NCBI GenBank assembly: GCA_963663805.2
Contig: CAXXMR010000020.1
Location: forward strand, 64,001-128,000
Source: Sedimentisphaerales bacterium
GTDB taxonomy: Bacteria > Planctomycetota > Phycisphaerae > Sedimentisphaerales > SM23-30
Length of the DNA stretch: 64,000 bases
Reading direction: 5' to 3'
The notes under the pieces are model-generated. The model was not told the DNA's origin. It saw only the letters and a list, made by a program, of their open reading frames with translations, and did no database searches. Positions 21,680 through 32,561 of the stretch are shown here, one piece after another. Numbering within the stretch: position 1 is the stretch's first letter; each line of letters opens with the position of its first letter. The position numbers and the translations under genes are program-made.

Positions 21680-22876
21680 TTACAAGTGGGAACGGTCCGG
21701 CAAATAAAACGGTAAACCCAAAAGTGGTAACAACCAGCTTATTTTCCCTGTGATTTTCTCACAGTGGTCCAGGCGGCTTTGTGAAAATAGTAAATTCACC
21801 ATCTCGCGCGGCGAAAGAATAATCTCCACCCCGTCATCACCTCCACTTTTTTTCACAGAACTAATTGTTAAATTACCATCCTCAGCTTCAATTAGCACCG
21901 ACTGGCTCTCGCCTGATAATTCGTCTTTCATAGTCAGAACCGCCCGGCCACGCAGCTCCATTTCCCTGACCTTTTCTGTCAGATAGTCAAGATAGGCCGT
22001 CAAAGTCTTTTTCAGGTCCAGAATCGCCAGATTACCCCGACATTCCAGATGACAATCACCGCGCAGACCATCGAAAACCTGCCGATAAACATCGTCCCAC
22101 GGCGGCACCCCGACATTAAGTGCCCCTTCACAGCCAGCCATAACAGCCCGCACTGCCGCCCCAACCGCCGCTGGCTCGCCCCCCCAGCCATAAATTCCCA
22201 ACTCATCGATATTAGCCAGAACATGACCCGATACGCCGTTTCGCTCTGCTCGCCAGATTGCCGCCGAATGATGATATTGCCTCAGATATTTCAGCCGGGC
22301 CGCTTTCCTGCCCCAAACCGAATAATATGGAACACGCTGAAGCTCCGACCAGATTGCCTCCCAGTCAGCCTCCTCAGCACTCATTTTAGTAATTGTCCAA
22401 CCTTCCTCGTCCTCCAGGCCCGAATTCTCCGCCCGCCGCCGGCCCAACAAATATCGCAACTCATTAACCACCCGCTCAAAACCCCATCTGCCGTATCTCT
22501 CCCGGTCTCCGCTCAGCCAGGCAAAAGGATACTGACGCTCTTTCATCACCGCTCCGGCCTGGTCCATCAAGGCCGACATCACACCTTGCTGCCGATAATG
22601 AGGCAGAACGCACACGCCCCCTATTCCGCCGATTACAAGCTCTCGTTGATCCGTCCAGATGCTCACCGGAAAAACCCCCGCACAACCCACAATCTTACCC
22701 TCGCTAAAAGCCAGCAGATTATGCTGCATAGAATCATCCGTAGCGGCCTGCAAATCAGGAAACAACTGCTCAAATCGCGGCCTGTCCGCGCCCGGCGCAC
22801 AAAAACACCGGTTCAACACCTCCATCAATTCCTCAAAATCCGCCTCACAGCCCGGCCTGATAGAAAACAAACTCAT
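21680..22876 (-). CDS. GNAT acetyltransferase, Eis-like with SCP2-like C-terminus
   Basis: GGIGGVCVLPHYRQQGVMSALM, YGRWGFE; start overlaps the fur stop (ATGA). Confidence 0.85.
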   Translation of the reverse strand: MSLFSIRPGCEADFEELMEVLNRCFCAPGADRPRFEQLFPDLQAATDDSMQHNLLAFSEGKIVGCAGVFPVSIWTDQRELVIGGIGGVCVLPHYRQQGVMSALMDQAGAVMKERQYPFAWLSGDRERYGRWGFERVVNELRYLLGRRRAENSGLEDEEGWTITKMSAEEADWEAIWSELQRVPYYSVWGRKAARLKYLRQYHHSAAIWRAERNGVSGHVLANIDELGIYGWGGEPAAVGAAVRAVMAGCEGALNVGVPPWDDVYRQVFDGLRGDCHLECRGNLAILDLKKTLTAYLDYLTEKVREMELRGRAVLTMKDELSGESQSVLIEAEDGNLTISSVKKSGGDDGVEIILSPREMVNLLFSQSRLDHCEKITGKISWLLPLLGLPFYLPDRSHL

Positions 22877-23361
22877 GTAACTGCCTTTCTCTGACCTGTT
22901 TCCCGGCGGCAATCCTCACACCAGCCAAAAACCACCAGACTATGCCAGTCCTGAACAAAATTATTCTCAGAACAAACCTGCTCGATACGGCCTGAAATAA
23001 CCGGGCCAGCAAACTCGATAAACCGCCCGCACTGTCGACAAACCAGATGATGATGGTCCTCATGCCCCAGTATATGCTCAAAATGGGCATGATTATCACT
23101 ATCGCGAACCTCACGAACCATGCCTGCCTCAACCATCAGCGTCAAAGTGCGGTAAACAGTCCCCCGGCTAACCCGGTCCGAACCGGCACTCAACTGAGCA
23201 GCCAGCTGGTCAGCACTGAAATGGTCATGGCGTTCAAATACCGCGTAAAATATTATTCGCCGGGCAGGAGTCAAACGAGCTTTTCGATTTTTCAAAAAAC
23301 CCACAAACTTATCCCACCCCTGATGGGTGATGTCCTGATGGGAGCCGGAAAATTCTTTCAT
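22873..23361 (-). CDS. fur: Fur-family transcriptional regulator
   Basis: RLTPARR, HFSADQL, VSRGTVYRTL, HHHLVCRQCG, GWCEDC. Confidence 0.85.
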   Translation of the reverse strand: MKEFSGSHQDITHQGWDKFVGFLKNRKARLTPARRIIFYAVFERHDHFSADQLAAQLSAGSDRVSRGTVYRTLTLMVEAGMVREVRDSDNHAHFEHILGHEDHHHLVCRQCGRFIEFAGPVISGRIEQVCSENNFVQDWHSLVVFGWCEDCRRETGQRKAVT

Positions 23362-23586
23362 GTCTCAAGTCCTTGCGCGAAAAGGGATTATCGAAATCAA
23401 ACCAGAAGAACCAGCAAGAATAATCTACCCTTGCCCGCCTAAGTTTGACCGAAGATATGTAACTTGTCAAAAAAAACCAGGAAATCACTTGAAATGACTT
23501 GCCCAACCTAATACAGATGTATAAGATACTCGCGATTGGAGAACTATGGAGTACTCCCGGTAAACTGTTGTGAAAGGAGCAACCAA

Positions 23587-23760
23587 ATGGCATATGTAAT
23601 TTCTGATGAATGCACCTGTTGCGGCGCCTGCGCCGATGTCTGTCCCGTAGAAGCTATCAGCCAGGGCGAAGACAAGTACGAAATCGACCCGGACGCCTGC
23701 ACCGACTGCGGCGCCTGCGAAGGTGAATGCCCCGTCGAAGCGATTTCACCCGGCGAATAA
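23587..23760 (+). CDS. 2[4Fe-4S] ferredoxin
   Basis: Two CxxCxxCxxxCP motifs; AAGGAG RBS. Confidence 0.93.
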   Translation: MAYVISDECTCCGACADVCPVEAISQGEDKYEIDPDACTDCGACEGECPVEAISPGE

Positions 23761-23787
23761 TGCTGATTAAGCTTATTTTAGCGATTG

Positions 23788-23818
23788 AGCCCTTATACTT
23801 TTGTAAGGGCTTTTTTTA
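23788..23818 (+). terminator. Rho-independent terminator
   Basis: agcccttat-acttttg-taagggct followed by a T-run. Confidence 0.75.
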
Positions 23819-24111
23819 TACCCGCGAATCAACCCGAATATCACCCCGCAGCCCCTCAATCGAAGCCTCAGCCCCGGCATGAATATCCGCAATCACCCCT
23901 ATACGAATACTACTCATAAGTCCCCCAAAAAATGGTATTGTCCCAAAAGCTGGCCAAGCAAAATGCGTTTAACGCTTACGGGCTGCCGGCAGGACAACCG
24001 AGAAGGCCCCAAAGTTACCCAGGTCCTGCCGGAAGCCTCCAAAGCGATAAACGCATCTTTCGAGAAGGCACAATGCAAGCTGCCCTCAACCTTTGGGACG
24101 ATAACTATTTT

Positions 24112-25051
24112 TTAGGGCAGTTCGGTCAGGAGCAGGGCGGCATGGCTCCTTAGATGGGGTGCTTCCTTTTCGTTATTGGCGACCTGAGCGAGGAATTTGC
24201 GGGTGAGGCGGTCTTCGGGAAATTCTCTGGCGATCCAATCGACGAGATAATGACGCGAGTCCAGTTGGCGGGCTAATTCGTAAGACTTAATCCAGCGACT
24301 CAGTTTCGCAGCAGGAGATTCTCCTTTTCGTTCCTGGATTACCTGGGTGAAATTATCGACATCGCCGAGGTCGTAATCGAGGCTGTCAATGTCATCTATC
24401 ATGCGGTTGACCATGCGGTTGTGTTCTTCAATGCCGATGCCGGGAGCTATGTCTATGGGAAATTCCTCAATTTCGTATATGCCGAAATGACTCTTTTTTT
24501 CCGAGCCGGCCTTGGACTGATATTTAACAGTCAAAACAACCCCGTTAGGGAATTCAACCTCTCTGCCGCCGGGTGTGACTTCCATTTTGTCGGCGAATTC
24601 CGGGCCGCAATAACGGGTCAGGTACAGCCGGATTCGGGTGAAATGAACATAATAAGTCTGGCGGTCCTGCTTGCCGATTATGGTGGCGGCTTTTCGCGAC
24701 GAGGCAAGGAGTTTATAGCATTTTTGGAAACGCTCCTGTTGCAATGCCTGAAAGAATTCCCGGCCGGCCTCTTCGGAAGAAGTTGGCAGAGGGTTGGTTT
24801 CGGCTAAATCATGACTGAAACGTTCGGAAGCGTACAGGAATACCCAAACCACCACAACAATGGCCAGGAATATCCCGGCGACTTTGAGAACCGTTTTTCC
24901 CTGCGGCAAAAGCTCCTGCCAGATAAATTTTCTTCCCCGCAGAATCCGGCGTGCGGCAAATATTGAGCTTATACCCGCAGGAGGTACACTCCGTGCTGTC
25001 GGGCGGCAGGACCGCGTTGCAATTTGGACATATTATATCGTAAACGGTCAT
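24112..25051 (-). CDS. Zinc-ribbon membrane protein split by one frameshift near 24960
   Basis: CPNC...CTSCG in 24809-25051; the other frame continues FAARRILRGRKFIWQELLPQGKTV into a TM helix and soluble domain. Confidence 0.6.
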
Positions 25052-25057
25052 GACAGA

Positions 25058-27772
25058 TTACTGTTTCGCGGTATCGGCAGGCTTATCGGCTGGTTTCGTC
25101 GCGGCGGGCTGGGCAGGTTCAGCCTTTTTTGCCGGTTCTGGTTTGGGGGCTGGTTCAGCTTTGGCCTGCGGTTTTTCTGTCGGCTTAACTTCCGGCTGAG
25201 GAGCGGGCTTATCCTGCGGTTTTGGCTCTGGCGGAGCAGGCTTGGGTTTAGCTTCCGGCTTCGGCTCGGCAGGCTTAGGTTCGGGTTTTGGTTTTGGCTC
25301 CGGCGGTGGGGGTGGCTGGAGTATATCGCGATACTTCTGCAAAGCCGCTTTCTGGGCATCCGGTCCGGCCTGGTCTTCGGTCCAATCCGTAAATCGTTTG
25401 TCCATCTGTCCCAGCAGCTTGATTACCTCAGCGTCATGAACGGGCTTTTTACCGTTAAGCAAAGCCAGCTGATTATCAACCAGCTCCAGAGCAATAGCGT
25501 CACGACGTCTTTGCCACTGCTTCTGTCGCTCAGGTGAATGATACTTTTCAATCGGGGTAATCAGCGTTGCCAGAAGTCTGGCGGCCTGTATCAACTGTTC
25601 GGCGTTCTTCTTGTCGAGTTTGTCGTAAGTTGCCGCGACCTCATCCAGCAGGACATCACCGGCGGCCTGGTCGGACAAATACAGCATCGTAAGCCGGGCC
25701 TGTTCCTGCACCTCAGATTCTCCCTGATTCCGCAAGGCCAAATCCAGTATTATCTGGCCGTACTGGGCCTTCTCGCTTTGTTTGCTCTCGTCCAGCAGGA
25801 CTATCAGTTTATGGTATAACTGCATAGCCTGGAGCTTCTGCCCCTGACGCAATGCCATCTCGCCCCGCTGCTCCAGCGAAAGCTGTTCGTATTCCAAAGG
25901 CACTTCCTGACCAGCCTCTCGGGCTTTACGAATCATCTCCGAAAAAGTCAGAATCAACTGGTCACGTAATTGTTGTTCGTTACCGCTGTTGATTTTCGAT
26001 AGCGCCATACACCATTCATAAGCCTCTTTCAGGGGACGGGACGAAAGTATCTTAACGAACGCCTCACGCATGGCTTTGGCCAGGTCGGTATCGCTTTCCA
26101 GGGCCAGTCGATTACGCAGAGCGTCCAGATGTTCACGCCCGCCATACTGTTGAATAGCACTGGTAACATCATAACGCACGGCGGTATCGGCATCTTCCAG
26201 CAGATTCCGGCCGTTACCCAGCAGCAGGGGCAGCACCTTGTCAGCCTTGAGATGAGTAAGCCCGCCTACCGCCCGCATTCGCACTGCCGGCTCAGGGTCA
26301 TCCAGGACACCCACCAAAATATCCGAAAAATGTTTCTGGGCAGCTGTCTGATATTTCTTGTCCGCGGCGATAATCTTCATGGTCTGGGTCATTTCGCGAC
26401 GGACATCGGCAGGATGGCCGGGCTTTTGATATGTCTGAGCCAAAACCGCCGCGATTTTATCCATCAGCTTTTCGTCAATGTTGGCGGCCTGAGCGGTACT
26501 GATTTTACCCAAGGCCTTGGCCGAAGCCGCTACGACACGGGGGCTATTAGATTCCAGAAGCTGCAAGGCCTGGTCAATGGCCGGGGGATATTCAAAGGTT
26601 GCCAAGGCCGACATCTGGGCGGCCTGAGCATCGGAGTCGGTTTCCTTTTCCAGCTGGCTCAGCAAATCGCCCGCCGCGGGCCGGGCCGGTTCCAGAAGCT
26701 GCTCCAGCGAATGAGCCGTCAGGCGTCTGACCTGGGGATTGTCGTCACCGGTATACTGCCTGAGCCAACCTGCGAGAGAGTCAGCGACGGGCTTGTCATT
26801 GGTACCAACCTGAGCCGACCAGCTTTCCATTCGCTCCAGGGCCCAGACACGCAGTGAGTCGGATGGCTGGTCGCCGAGCGTACTATTTACAAAATCCAGC
26901 TTCTGGGCGGCATCTTTTATCTGGTCAAACCTGCCGGTGAGCTGCTGGAGATATTTCTGGGTAATCAAACCTATTTCGCGCTGGGCCTGGTCAAGTTCGG
27001 CGCGGGCTTGAAGAAGCTGTTCCTGCCGAAAGGCAATCTGGCGGTTCAAAAAAGTTGCCTCGGTCATTTTCTGGAGAACCGGGCGATAATTGTTCTCGTA
27101 CTGCTCGGCGGTAAGTTTTTCCGGCAGAGCGAACATTCTGGGCAGGACCGCAGCTGCCCGCTGACGAATTTTCACTTCGCCATCGCCCAGTAAAGCGCCC
27201 AGAGCCAGTACCGGCTCTTTGCCAGGCATAAGCTCCAGGGCTGAAATTCCGGCCAGACGATGAGCCTGGGTCTCTTCCGGATTGGCGGCCAGCTTGCCCA
27301 GCCGAACCGCTACACCATCTTCAAACCTCGCCAGGGCCTGAGCCGCCCAATTTGATAATTCCTCATTCTCGGAAACCAGCACCGCGAAAAGCGGCTCGAT
27401 AAATTCCTGGGGATATTCCATCTGCGGGTCCAGCCGACCATAAGAGCGGGGATGGGCGGCAATGGCCTGGCAGATAATCATTTTGGTGGAGATATGGTTT
27501 TCCGCCCGAAGGATGGCAATCAGCTCCGGGCGACCCTGGGGGGAAACCTGGGGGTCAAAGAGCAAGGCCTGGGCGTTTCCCTGACGGATGGCCGGGCCGG
27601 TATTTTCAGATTTGAGCCCGTCGAGCATGGCTTTGGTGGCTGGTGAGAGCGCGGCAGGTTCGGTCGGTACCGGCGGCGGAGCCGCGGCGTCCTGCGACCA
27701 TCCCGGCAGGGTCAGCAGCAGGGCCAAGACCACTGCCGTCGGGAAACCCAGATTGTGCCGGCTTGTTGTCAT
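25058..27772 (-). CDS. Secreted HEAT-repeat protein with Pro/Lys/Glu-rich tail
   Basis: Signal peptide; repeated LxDxxxxVRxxA units; PEPKP repeats. Confidence 0.8.
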   Translation of the reverse strand: MTTSRHNLGFPTAVVLALLLTLPGWSQDAAAPPPVPTEPAALSPATKAMLDGLKSENTGPAIRQGNAQALLFDPQVSPQGRPELIAILRAENHISTKMIICQAIAAHPRSYGRLDPQMEYPQEFIEPLFAVLVSENEELSNWAAQALARFEDGVAVRLGKLAANPEETQAHRLAGISALELMPGKEPVLALGALLGDGEVKIRQRAAAVLPRMFALPEKLTAEQYENNYRPVLQKMTEATFLNRQIAFRQEQLLQARAELDQAQREIGLITQKYLQQLTGRFDQIKDAAQKLDFVNSTLGDQPSDSLRVWALERMESWSAQVGTNDKPVADSLAGWLRQYTGDDNPQVRRLTAHSLEQLLEPARPAAGDLLSQLEKETDSDAQAAQMSALATFEYPPAIDQALQLLESNSPRVVAASAKALGKISTAQAANIDEKLMDKIAAVLAQTYQKPGHPADVRREMTQTMKIIAADKKYQTAAQKHFSDILVGVLDDPEPAVRMRAVGGLTHLKADKVLPLLLGNGRNLLEDADTAVRYDVTSAIQQYGGREHLDALRNRLALESDTDLAKAMREAFVKILSSRPLKEAYEWCMALSKINSGNEQQLRDQLILTFSEMIRKAREAGQEVPLEYEQLSLEQRGEMALRQGQKLQAMQLYHKLIVLLDESKQSEKAQYGQIILDLALRNQGESEVQEQARLTMLYLSDQAAGDVLLDEVAATYDKLDKKNAEQLIQAARLLATLITPIEKYHSPERQKQWQRRRDAIALELVDNQLALLNGKKPVHDAEVIKLLGQMDKRFTDWTEDQAGPDAQKAALQKYRDILQPPPPPEPKPKPEPKPAEPKPEAKPKPAPPEPKPQDKPAPQPEVKPTEKPQAKAEPAPKPEPAKKAEPAQPAATKPADKPADTAKQ

Positions 27773-28022
27773 TTAACTTGATTCTCCCGGATTGTCGCCC
27801 AAAACAGCTAAATCGCTAATTATCACCGCCTGAAGCTCGGCACCCCGATACGGTTCCCGTACCCTTATCAAGCTCCATTATTAACTTAGCGGTCCGCTGG
27901 GAGATTGTCAAACAAAACTGTTGTAACACGTCCGATATTAAGACTTTATTCAAACTTAACTTCCACTATAATACTATTTCGGAATTACGTGAACGGGCCG
28001 TTGACTTTTTGGACAGAGCGAC

Positions 28023-29051
28023 ATGAAAAAAAAACTAAGAACCTGCCTCTGGTTTGCCATAGCCCTGGGAGCATTGGCTCTGCTGATATACAAAACCCCC
28101 CGCGATACCTTCATAACCGCCATCAAAGGTATCGATGTGAGGCTGGCAGTAGTGGCGGTGGTCCTCCAGCTCATCGCTCAGACTCTGCTGGCGACCCGCT
28201 GGCTCCTGTTGCTGCGGGCTAATAATATTGCTATCTCTCTTTGGGCCACCATCCGCCTGACCTACCTGGGGCTGTTTTATAACAACGTTATGCCCGGCGG
28301 GGTGGGCGGTGACCTGCTCAAGGGCTGGTATGCGACCCATCACAGCCGACCGGACCAGAAACTTACCGCCGCGGTCAGTGTATTTGTCGACAGGCTCGTC
28401 GGGCTGATAGGCACTATTCTTATGGGTGGGCTAGCCAGCTTGTTCGTCGGACCACGGGTTGCCTATCAGGGCATCCAGATTCGCTGGCTGCCCTGGGGGA
28501 TATTTGTGATAATGGCGGCGGCCTCGATTATTTTCTTCTCGCGGCGACTGCGCAGAATACTGCTGCTCAGTTGGCTTCTGGAAAAATTGCCCTTTTCCCA
28601 GACCCTCAAGAGGATTGACGAAGCTATCCGCATCTACCGCCACCACCTTCCCAGTATGGTCGGTGTACTTGCCTTTACGGTAACTTTGCAGGGTCTAACC
28701 ATTGTGGCGGTATGGGTGCTGACTCAGGCACTGCATTTTGACACTGTCCGCCTGGTCCATTGCCTCATGATTATGCCTATTGTCTGGCTTATCGGAGCGG
28801 CGATTCCCGTGCCCGGCGGCGTGGGTATTATAGAGGGCTGTATCGCTTACCTATTCTGCCTGGTTATCAACCCCGACAACCCGCCCCAGGCCATGGGGCC
28901 CGCGGCGGCACTGGCACTGGTAAACAGGGTAATTATCCTGTATATTTGCTCACTGCCCGGCGTGCTGGTGCCTTTGTTTGGCGGACATCTGCCCCGTGCC
29001 GATGATATGCTTAAAGATATGCAGTCGGAAAACGAAACTTTGACCGATTAA
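28023..29051 (+). CDS. Lysylphosphatidylglycerol synthase TM-domain (UPF0104 flippase-like) protein
   Basis: RWLLLL, FYNNVMPGGVGGDLLK, VFVDRLVG, IPVPGGVGIIE. Confidence 0.85.
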   Translation: MKKKLRTCLWFAIALGALALLIYKTPRDTFITAIKGIDVRLAVVAVVLQLIAQTLLATRWLLLLRANNIAISLWATIRLTYLGLFYNNVMPGGVGGDLLKGWYATHHSRPDQKLTAAVSVFVDRLVGLIGTILMGGLASLFVGPRVAYQGIQIRWLPWGIFVIMAAASIIFFSRRLRRILLLSWLLEKLPFSQTLKRIDEAIRIYRHHLPSMVGVLAFTVTLQGLTIVAVWVLTQALHFDTVRLVHCLMIMPIVWLIGAAIPVPGGVGIIEGCIAYLFCLVINPDNPPQAMGPAAALALVNRVIILYICSLPGVLVPLFGGHLPRADDMLKDMQSENETLTD

Positions 29052-29065
29052 GGGAGTCTGAATAT

Positions 29066-29734
29066 ATGACCAGCAGTTATTATATTCTACCGGTACTGGC
29101 CTACTTACTGGGCTCGATTCCTTTCGGGCTTATCATCGGCAAGATACGCGGTGTGGACGTGCGCCTTCAGGGCAGCGGCAATATCGGCTCGACTAATGTC
29201 GGACGTGTACTCGGTCAACCCTGGGGCTACATCTGCTTTCTGCTCGATGTCGCTAAAGGCACCGCGCCGGTTGTTCTGGCCGGCTATATCCTCACCAGCA
29301 GCGAAACCGAAATTACCCCTCAGGCTTGTATCGCCTGGATGATTGTGGCCGTTGCCTGCATTTTAGGCCACATGTTCAGCCTGTTTCTAAAATTCAAAGG
29401 CGGCAAAGGGGTCGCGACTTCGCTGGGGGTTATTCTGGGAATTTACCCTTATTTTACTCTCGCCGGAATCGTGGTTTTTCTAATTTGGGCGGCAATCTGG
29501 GGAACGTGGCGTTATGTTTCGTTGGCTTCGATTATCGCGGCATTGTGCTTTCCGATGGTTTTTGTGCTGCTGGTCTATCAGATTGATACCTGGTCGATGG
29601 GACAGCTTTGGCCCTTGCTGGCTTTTGCGTCGCTGGTAGCGTTGTTGGTGGTTGTTCGCCATCGCAGTAATATCAAGCGGCTGCGGGCGGGTACGGAAAA
29701 CCGCGGGGGCCGAAAAAAACAAAATGATTTGTAA
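29066..29734 (+). CDS. plsY: Glycerol-3-phosphate 1-O-acyltransferase
   Basis: YLLGSIPFG, GSGNIGSTNVGR, LGHMFS, KGGKGVATS, RHRSNIKRL. Confidence 0.95.
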   Translation: MTSSYYILPVLAYLLGSIPFGLIIGKIRGVDVRLQGSGNIGSTNVGRVLGQPWGYICFLLDVAKGTAPVVLAGYILTSSETEITPQACIAWMIVAVACILGHMFSLFLKFKGGKGVATSLGVILGIYPYFTLAGIVVFLIWAAIWGTWRYVSLASIIAALCFPMVFVLLVYQIDTWSMGQLWPLLAFASLVALLVVVRHRSNIKRLRAGTENRGGRKKQNDL

Positions 29735-29993
29735 ACACGTTTATTTCAGCGGCAGAGTTCAGGGGGTCGGCTTTCGCTATACTGCTATTGACGTTGCCCA
29801 TAATTATGAAGTCACGGGGTTTGTGCGAAATCTGCCCGATGGGAGAGTTGAGATGATTACCCAGGGCAAAGGTCCAACCGTAGACGCCTTCATTAACGCT
29901 TTATGCGAACGCATGAACCGCTATATTCGCGAAACCTATATCAACGAAGAACCGCTCGGCGACGATTTTAACGGTTTTTCAATCCGCCATTAA
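29724..29993 (+). CDS. acyP: Acylphosphatase
   Basis: SGRVQGVGFR, GFVRNLPDGRVE. Confidence 0.93.
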   Translation: MICKHVYFSGRVQGVGFRYTAIDVAHNYEVTGFVRNLPDGRVEMITQGKGPTVDAFINALCERMNRYIRETYINEEPLGDDFNGFSIRH

Positions 29994-30011
29994 TCTGAAT
30001 TCTGACTGGAG

Positions 30012-30198
30012 TTTTGCAAAATGACAATTTGGCATACTTATGATCAGAAAAAAGACGCTGCGCTGTTTTTTCTGATTCTACTTTTTTTGTCGTAACTTTT
30101 TGTTGCTTAGTAATTTAATGCAATTTGATTTACTTTTAGATTCGAGGTGAAAATCAAATTGCATTAAATTAGGTATGCCAAACTGTCATTTTGCAAAA
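30012..30198. repeat. AT-rich nested palindrome (MITE/REP-like)
   Basis: Outer IR 30012-30037/30173-30198 (25/26); inner perfect IR 30111-30131/30151-30171; small hairpin 30043-30076. Confidence 0.8.
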
Positions 30199-30375
30199 GT
30201 TTAGTTCTGATTTAGCCGCGGATTAACGGCATTTCGCGGATTTTAGAAAAGGAAACCACCACTCCGAGCGAGGCGGAGAGGGGACTCAGGATTGCTTATT
30301 TTGGTTTTTGGGGTAGACTCTCAGGTCGTGGGCAGTGATTTTGAACCGGGTTTTGAAAGTCGGCAGGAATTTGAT

Positions 30376-32295
30376 ATGGCATTGTTGGGTATGCATGATG
30401 TTGCGGTGGGTTATGGCGGTGAGCCTTTGCTGGCGGGGGTTGACCTGCAGATTGAGGAGGGGGAGCGTATATGTTTGCTGGGGCGGAACGGGGTGGGTAA
30501 ATCCACTTTGATGAAACTGATAGGCGGTGAGCTGGAGCCTGAGAGCGGTGATTTTTGGCGTCGGGCTGATCTGGTAGTGACCAGTTTGAGTCAGTATGTC
30601 CCTGACGGGGTGATGGGGACGGTTTTTGACCAGGTTTCCGAGGGGCTGGGCACACGGGGAAAGCTGTTGGCGGAATATCATCTGGTAAGCCATCAAATTG
30701 CCGAAGATGGCGGTGCCGCGGGGCTTTTGCAGCGGCTGGATGAGTTGGGGCACCAGCTGGATACCGATGATGGCTGGCAGCTTAATCGGCGGGTGGAGAT
30801 GATAATCGCGGATATGGCTCTGGATGCCGACGCGGAGTTTGGCGGGCTTTCGGCAGGGATGAAGCGGCGGACACTTCTGGCTCAGGCTATTGTCAGCGAG
30901 CCGGATATTCTGCTTTTGGATGAGCCGACGAATCATCTGGATATTGAGACGGTTGACTGGATCGAGGGTTTTTTGGCAAACTATAGTGGGACGCTGGTGT
31001 TTGTGAGCCATGACCGGGTGTTTTTGAAGAAGCTTTCGACGCGGATTGTGGAACTGGACCGCGGGGTGGTCAGCAGTTACAGTTGCGGGTATGAAAAGTA
31101 TCTGGAGCGTAAGGCGGCGGCCCTGGCGGCAGAAGCGGCAGAAGCGGCGAACTTCGATAAGAAGCTGGCCGCGGAGGAAGTTTGGATACGTCGGGGGATT
31201 CAGGGGCGGCGGACGAGGAATGAGGGACGTGTTCGGGACTTGAAGAAGATGCGGGCCGAGCGGGCGGCACGTAAAGAAGTAATGGGCACAGCCAGGATAG
31301 AGACTCAGGAGGTCCAGAATTCAGGGCGTAAGGTGATTGAGGCCCGGAACATTTCATTTGGTTACGTGGAAGGCCAGACCATAATTTCAGAGTTTTCGGC
31401 GACGATAATGCGCGGTGATAAGATTGGGGTGATTGGCCCTAACGGTTCGGGTAAGACGACGCTTTTGCGAGTGCTGCTGGGTGAGCTGACTGCCCGGCAG
31501 GGTGATGTTCAGCATGGTACTAACCTGGAAATAGCTTATTTTGACCAGCTGCATATGCAGCTGGACCACGAGAAAACTGTGGTTGAGAATATCGCTGACG
31601 GTAATGATACTCTGGAGTTTAATGGCCGAAAGAGGCATATCGTGGGCTATCTGGAGGATTTCCTGTTTACGCCGGCACAGTCGCGTAACGCGGTGGGTAA
31701 TTTGTCCGGCGGGGAGCGGAACCGGCTGCTGCTGGCAAAGCTGTTCACGCGACCTTCCAATGTGCTGGTACTGGATGAGCCGACCAATGACCTGGATATT
31801 GAGACGCTGGACCTGCTGGAGGACCTGCTGGTGAATTATCCGGGGACGGTGCTGATGGTGAGCCATGACCGCGAGTTCCTCAATAATGTGGTTACCAGTA
31901 CGATGGTCTTCGAAGGTGAGGGCAGAGTCAGGGAATATGTCGGCGGCTATGATGACTGGGTGAGGCAAAGTAAATCGGTCTTGGCAGAGCAGACGAAAAT
32001 CGCCCGGACCCAGGAGCGGGAAGCTAAGAAAACAGCCAATAAACTCAGTCGTCAGGCGGCGGTCCAGGAGCGGCCCCGCCGGTTGACATTCAAGGAGAAG
32101 AAAGAGCTCGAATCTCTGCCGGAGCTAATCGAGCGGCTGGAGGTTGAACAGCGGCATTTGCACGATGAGATGTCTGACCCGGAGTTTTATAAGAAAGGTT
32201 CTGATGTTTCCCTGACAACCGAGAGGCTCGGGGATTTGGATGTAAAACTGCAAATTGCTTATTTTCGGTGGGAAGAATTGGAAGCTTTGGCGTAA
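30376..32295 (+). CDS. uup: ABC-F family ATPase Uup
   Basis: Two ABC domains (GRNGVGKST, GPNGSGKTT, DEPTNHLD/DEPTNDLD), EEVWIRRG..GRRTRNEGRVR linker, C-terminal coiled coil. Confidence 0.9.
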   Translation: MALLGMHDVAVGYGGEPLLAGVDLQIEEGERICLLGRNGVGKSTLMKLIGGELEPESGDFWRRADLVVTSLSQYVPDGVMGTVFDQVSEGLGTRGKLLAEYHLVSHQIAEDGGAAGLLQRLDELGHQLDTDDGWQLNRRVEMIIADMALDADAEFGGLSAGMKRRTLLAQAIVSEPDILLLDEPTNHLDIETVDWIEGFLANYSGTLVFVSHDRVFLKKLSTRIVELDRGVVSSYSCGYEKYLERKAAALAAEAAEAANFDKKLAAEEVWIRRGIQGRRTRNEGRVRDLKKMRAERAARKEVMGTARIETQEVQNSGRKVIEARNISFGYVEGQTIISEFSATIMRGDKIGVIGPNGSGKTTLLRVLLGELTARQGDVQHGTNLEIAYFDQLHMQLDHEKTVVENIADGNDTLEFNGRKRHIVGYLEDFLFTPAQSRNAVGNLSGGERNRLLLAKLFTRPSNVLVLDEPTNDLDIETLDLLEDLLVNYPGTVLMVSHDREFLNNVVTSTMVFEGEGRVREYVGGYDDWVRQSKSVLAEQTKIARTQEREAKKTANKLSRQAAVQERPRRLTFKEKKELESLPELIERLEVEQRHLHDEMSDPEFYKKGSDVSLTTERLGDLDVKLQIAYFRWEELEALA

Positions 32296-32561
32296 TTAGG
32301 AATATGCCTTTTAAACGCAATAGGCAGGTTTTTTTGGGGGTAGCAGCGCGAATTTGCCTTTTGATGGTGATTTTTTCGTGTTTTTTGGGATTTTTTTTGG
32401 GGGAAAACGCGTTTTTCTCGTTTTTTTGACGTTTTTTCGTTTTTTTAGCGAAATGCAACTATACTATATCACCTTTTTGTGGCTATTTTTACCCAAAAAG
32501 TATCATATAATATGGTTTTGGCAAAAAGGGTATCTGCCAAACCTTTCAATCTGGCTTTCAG

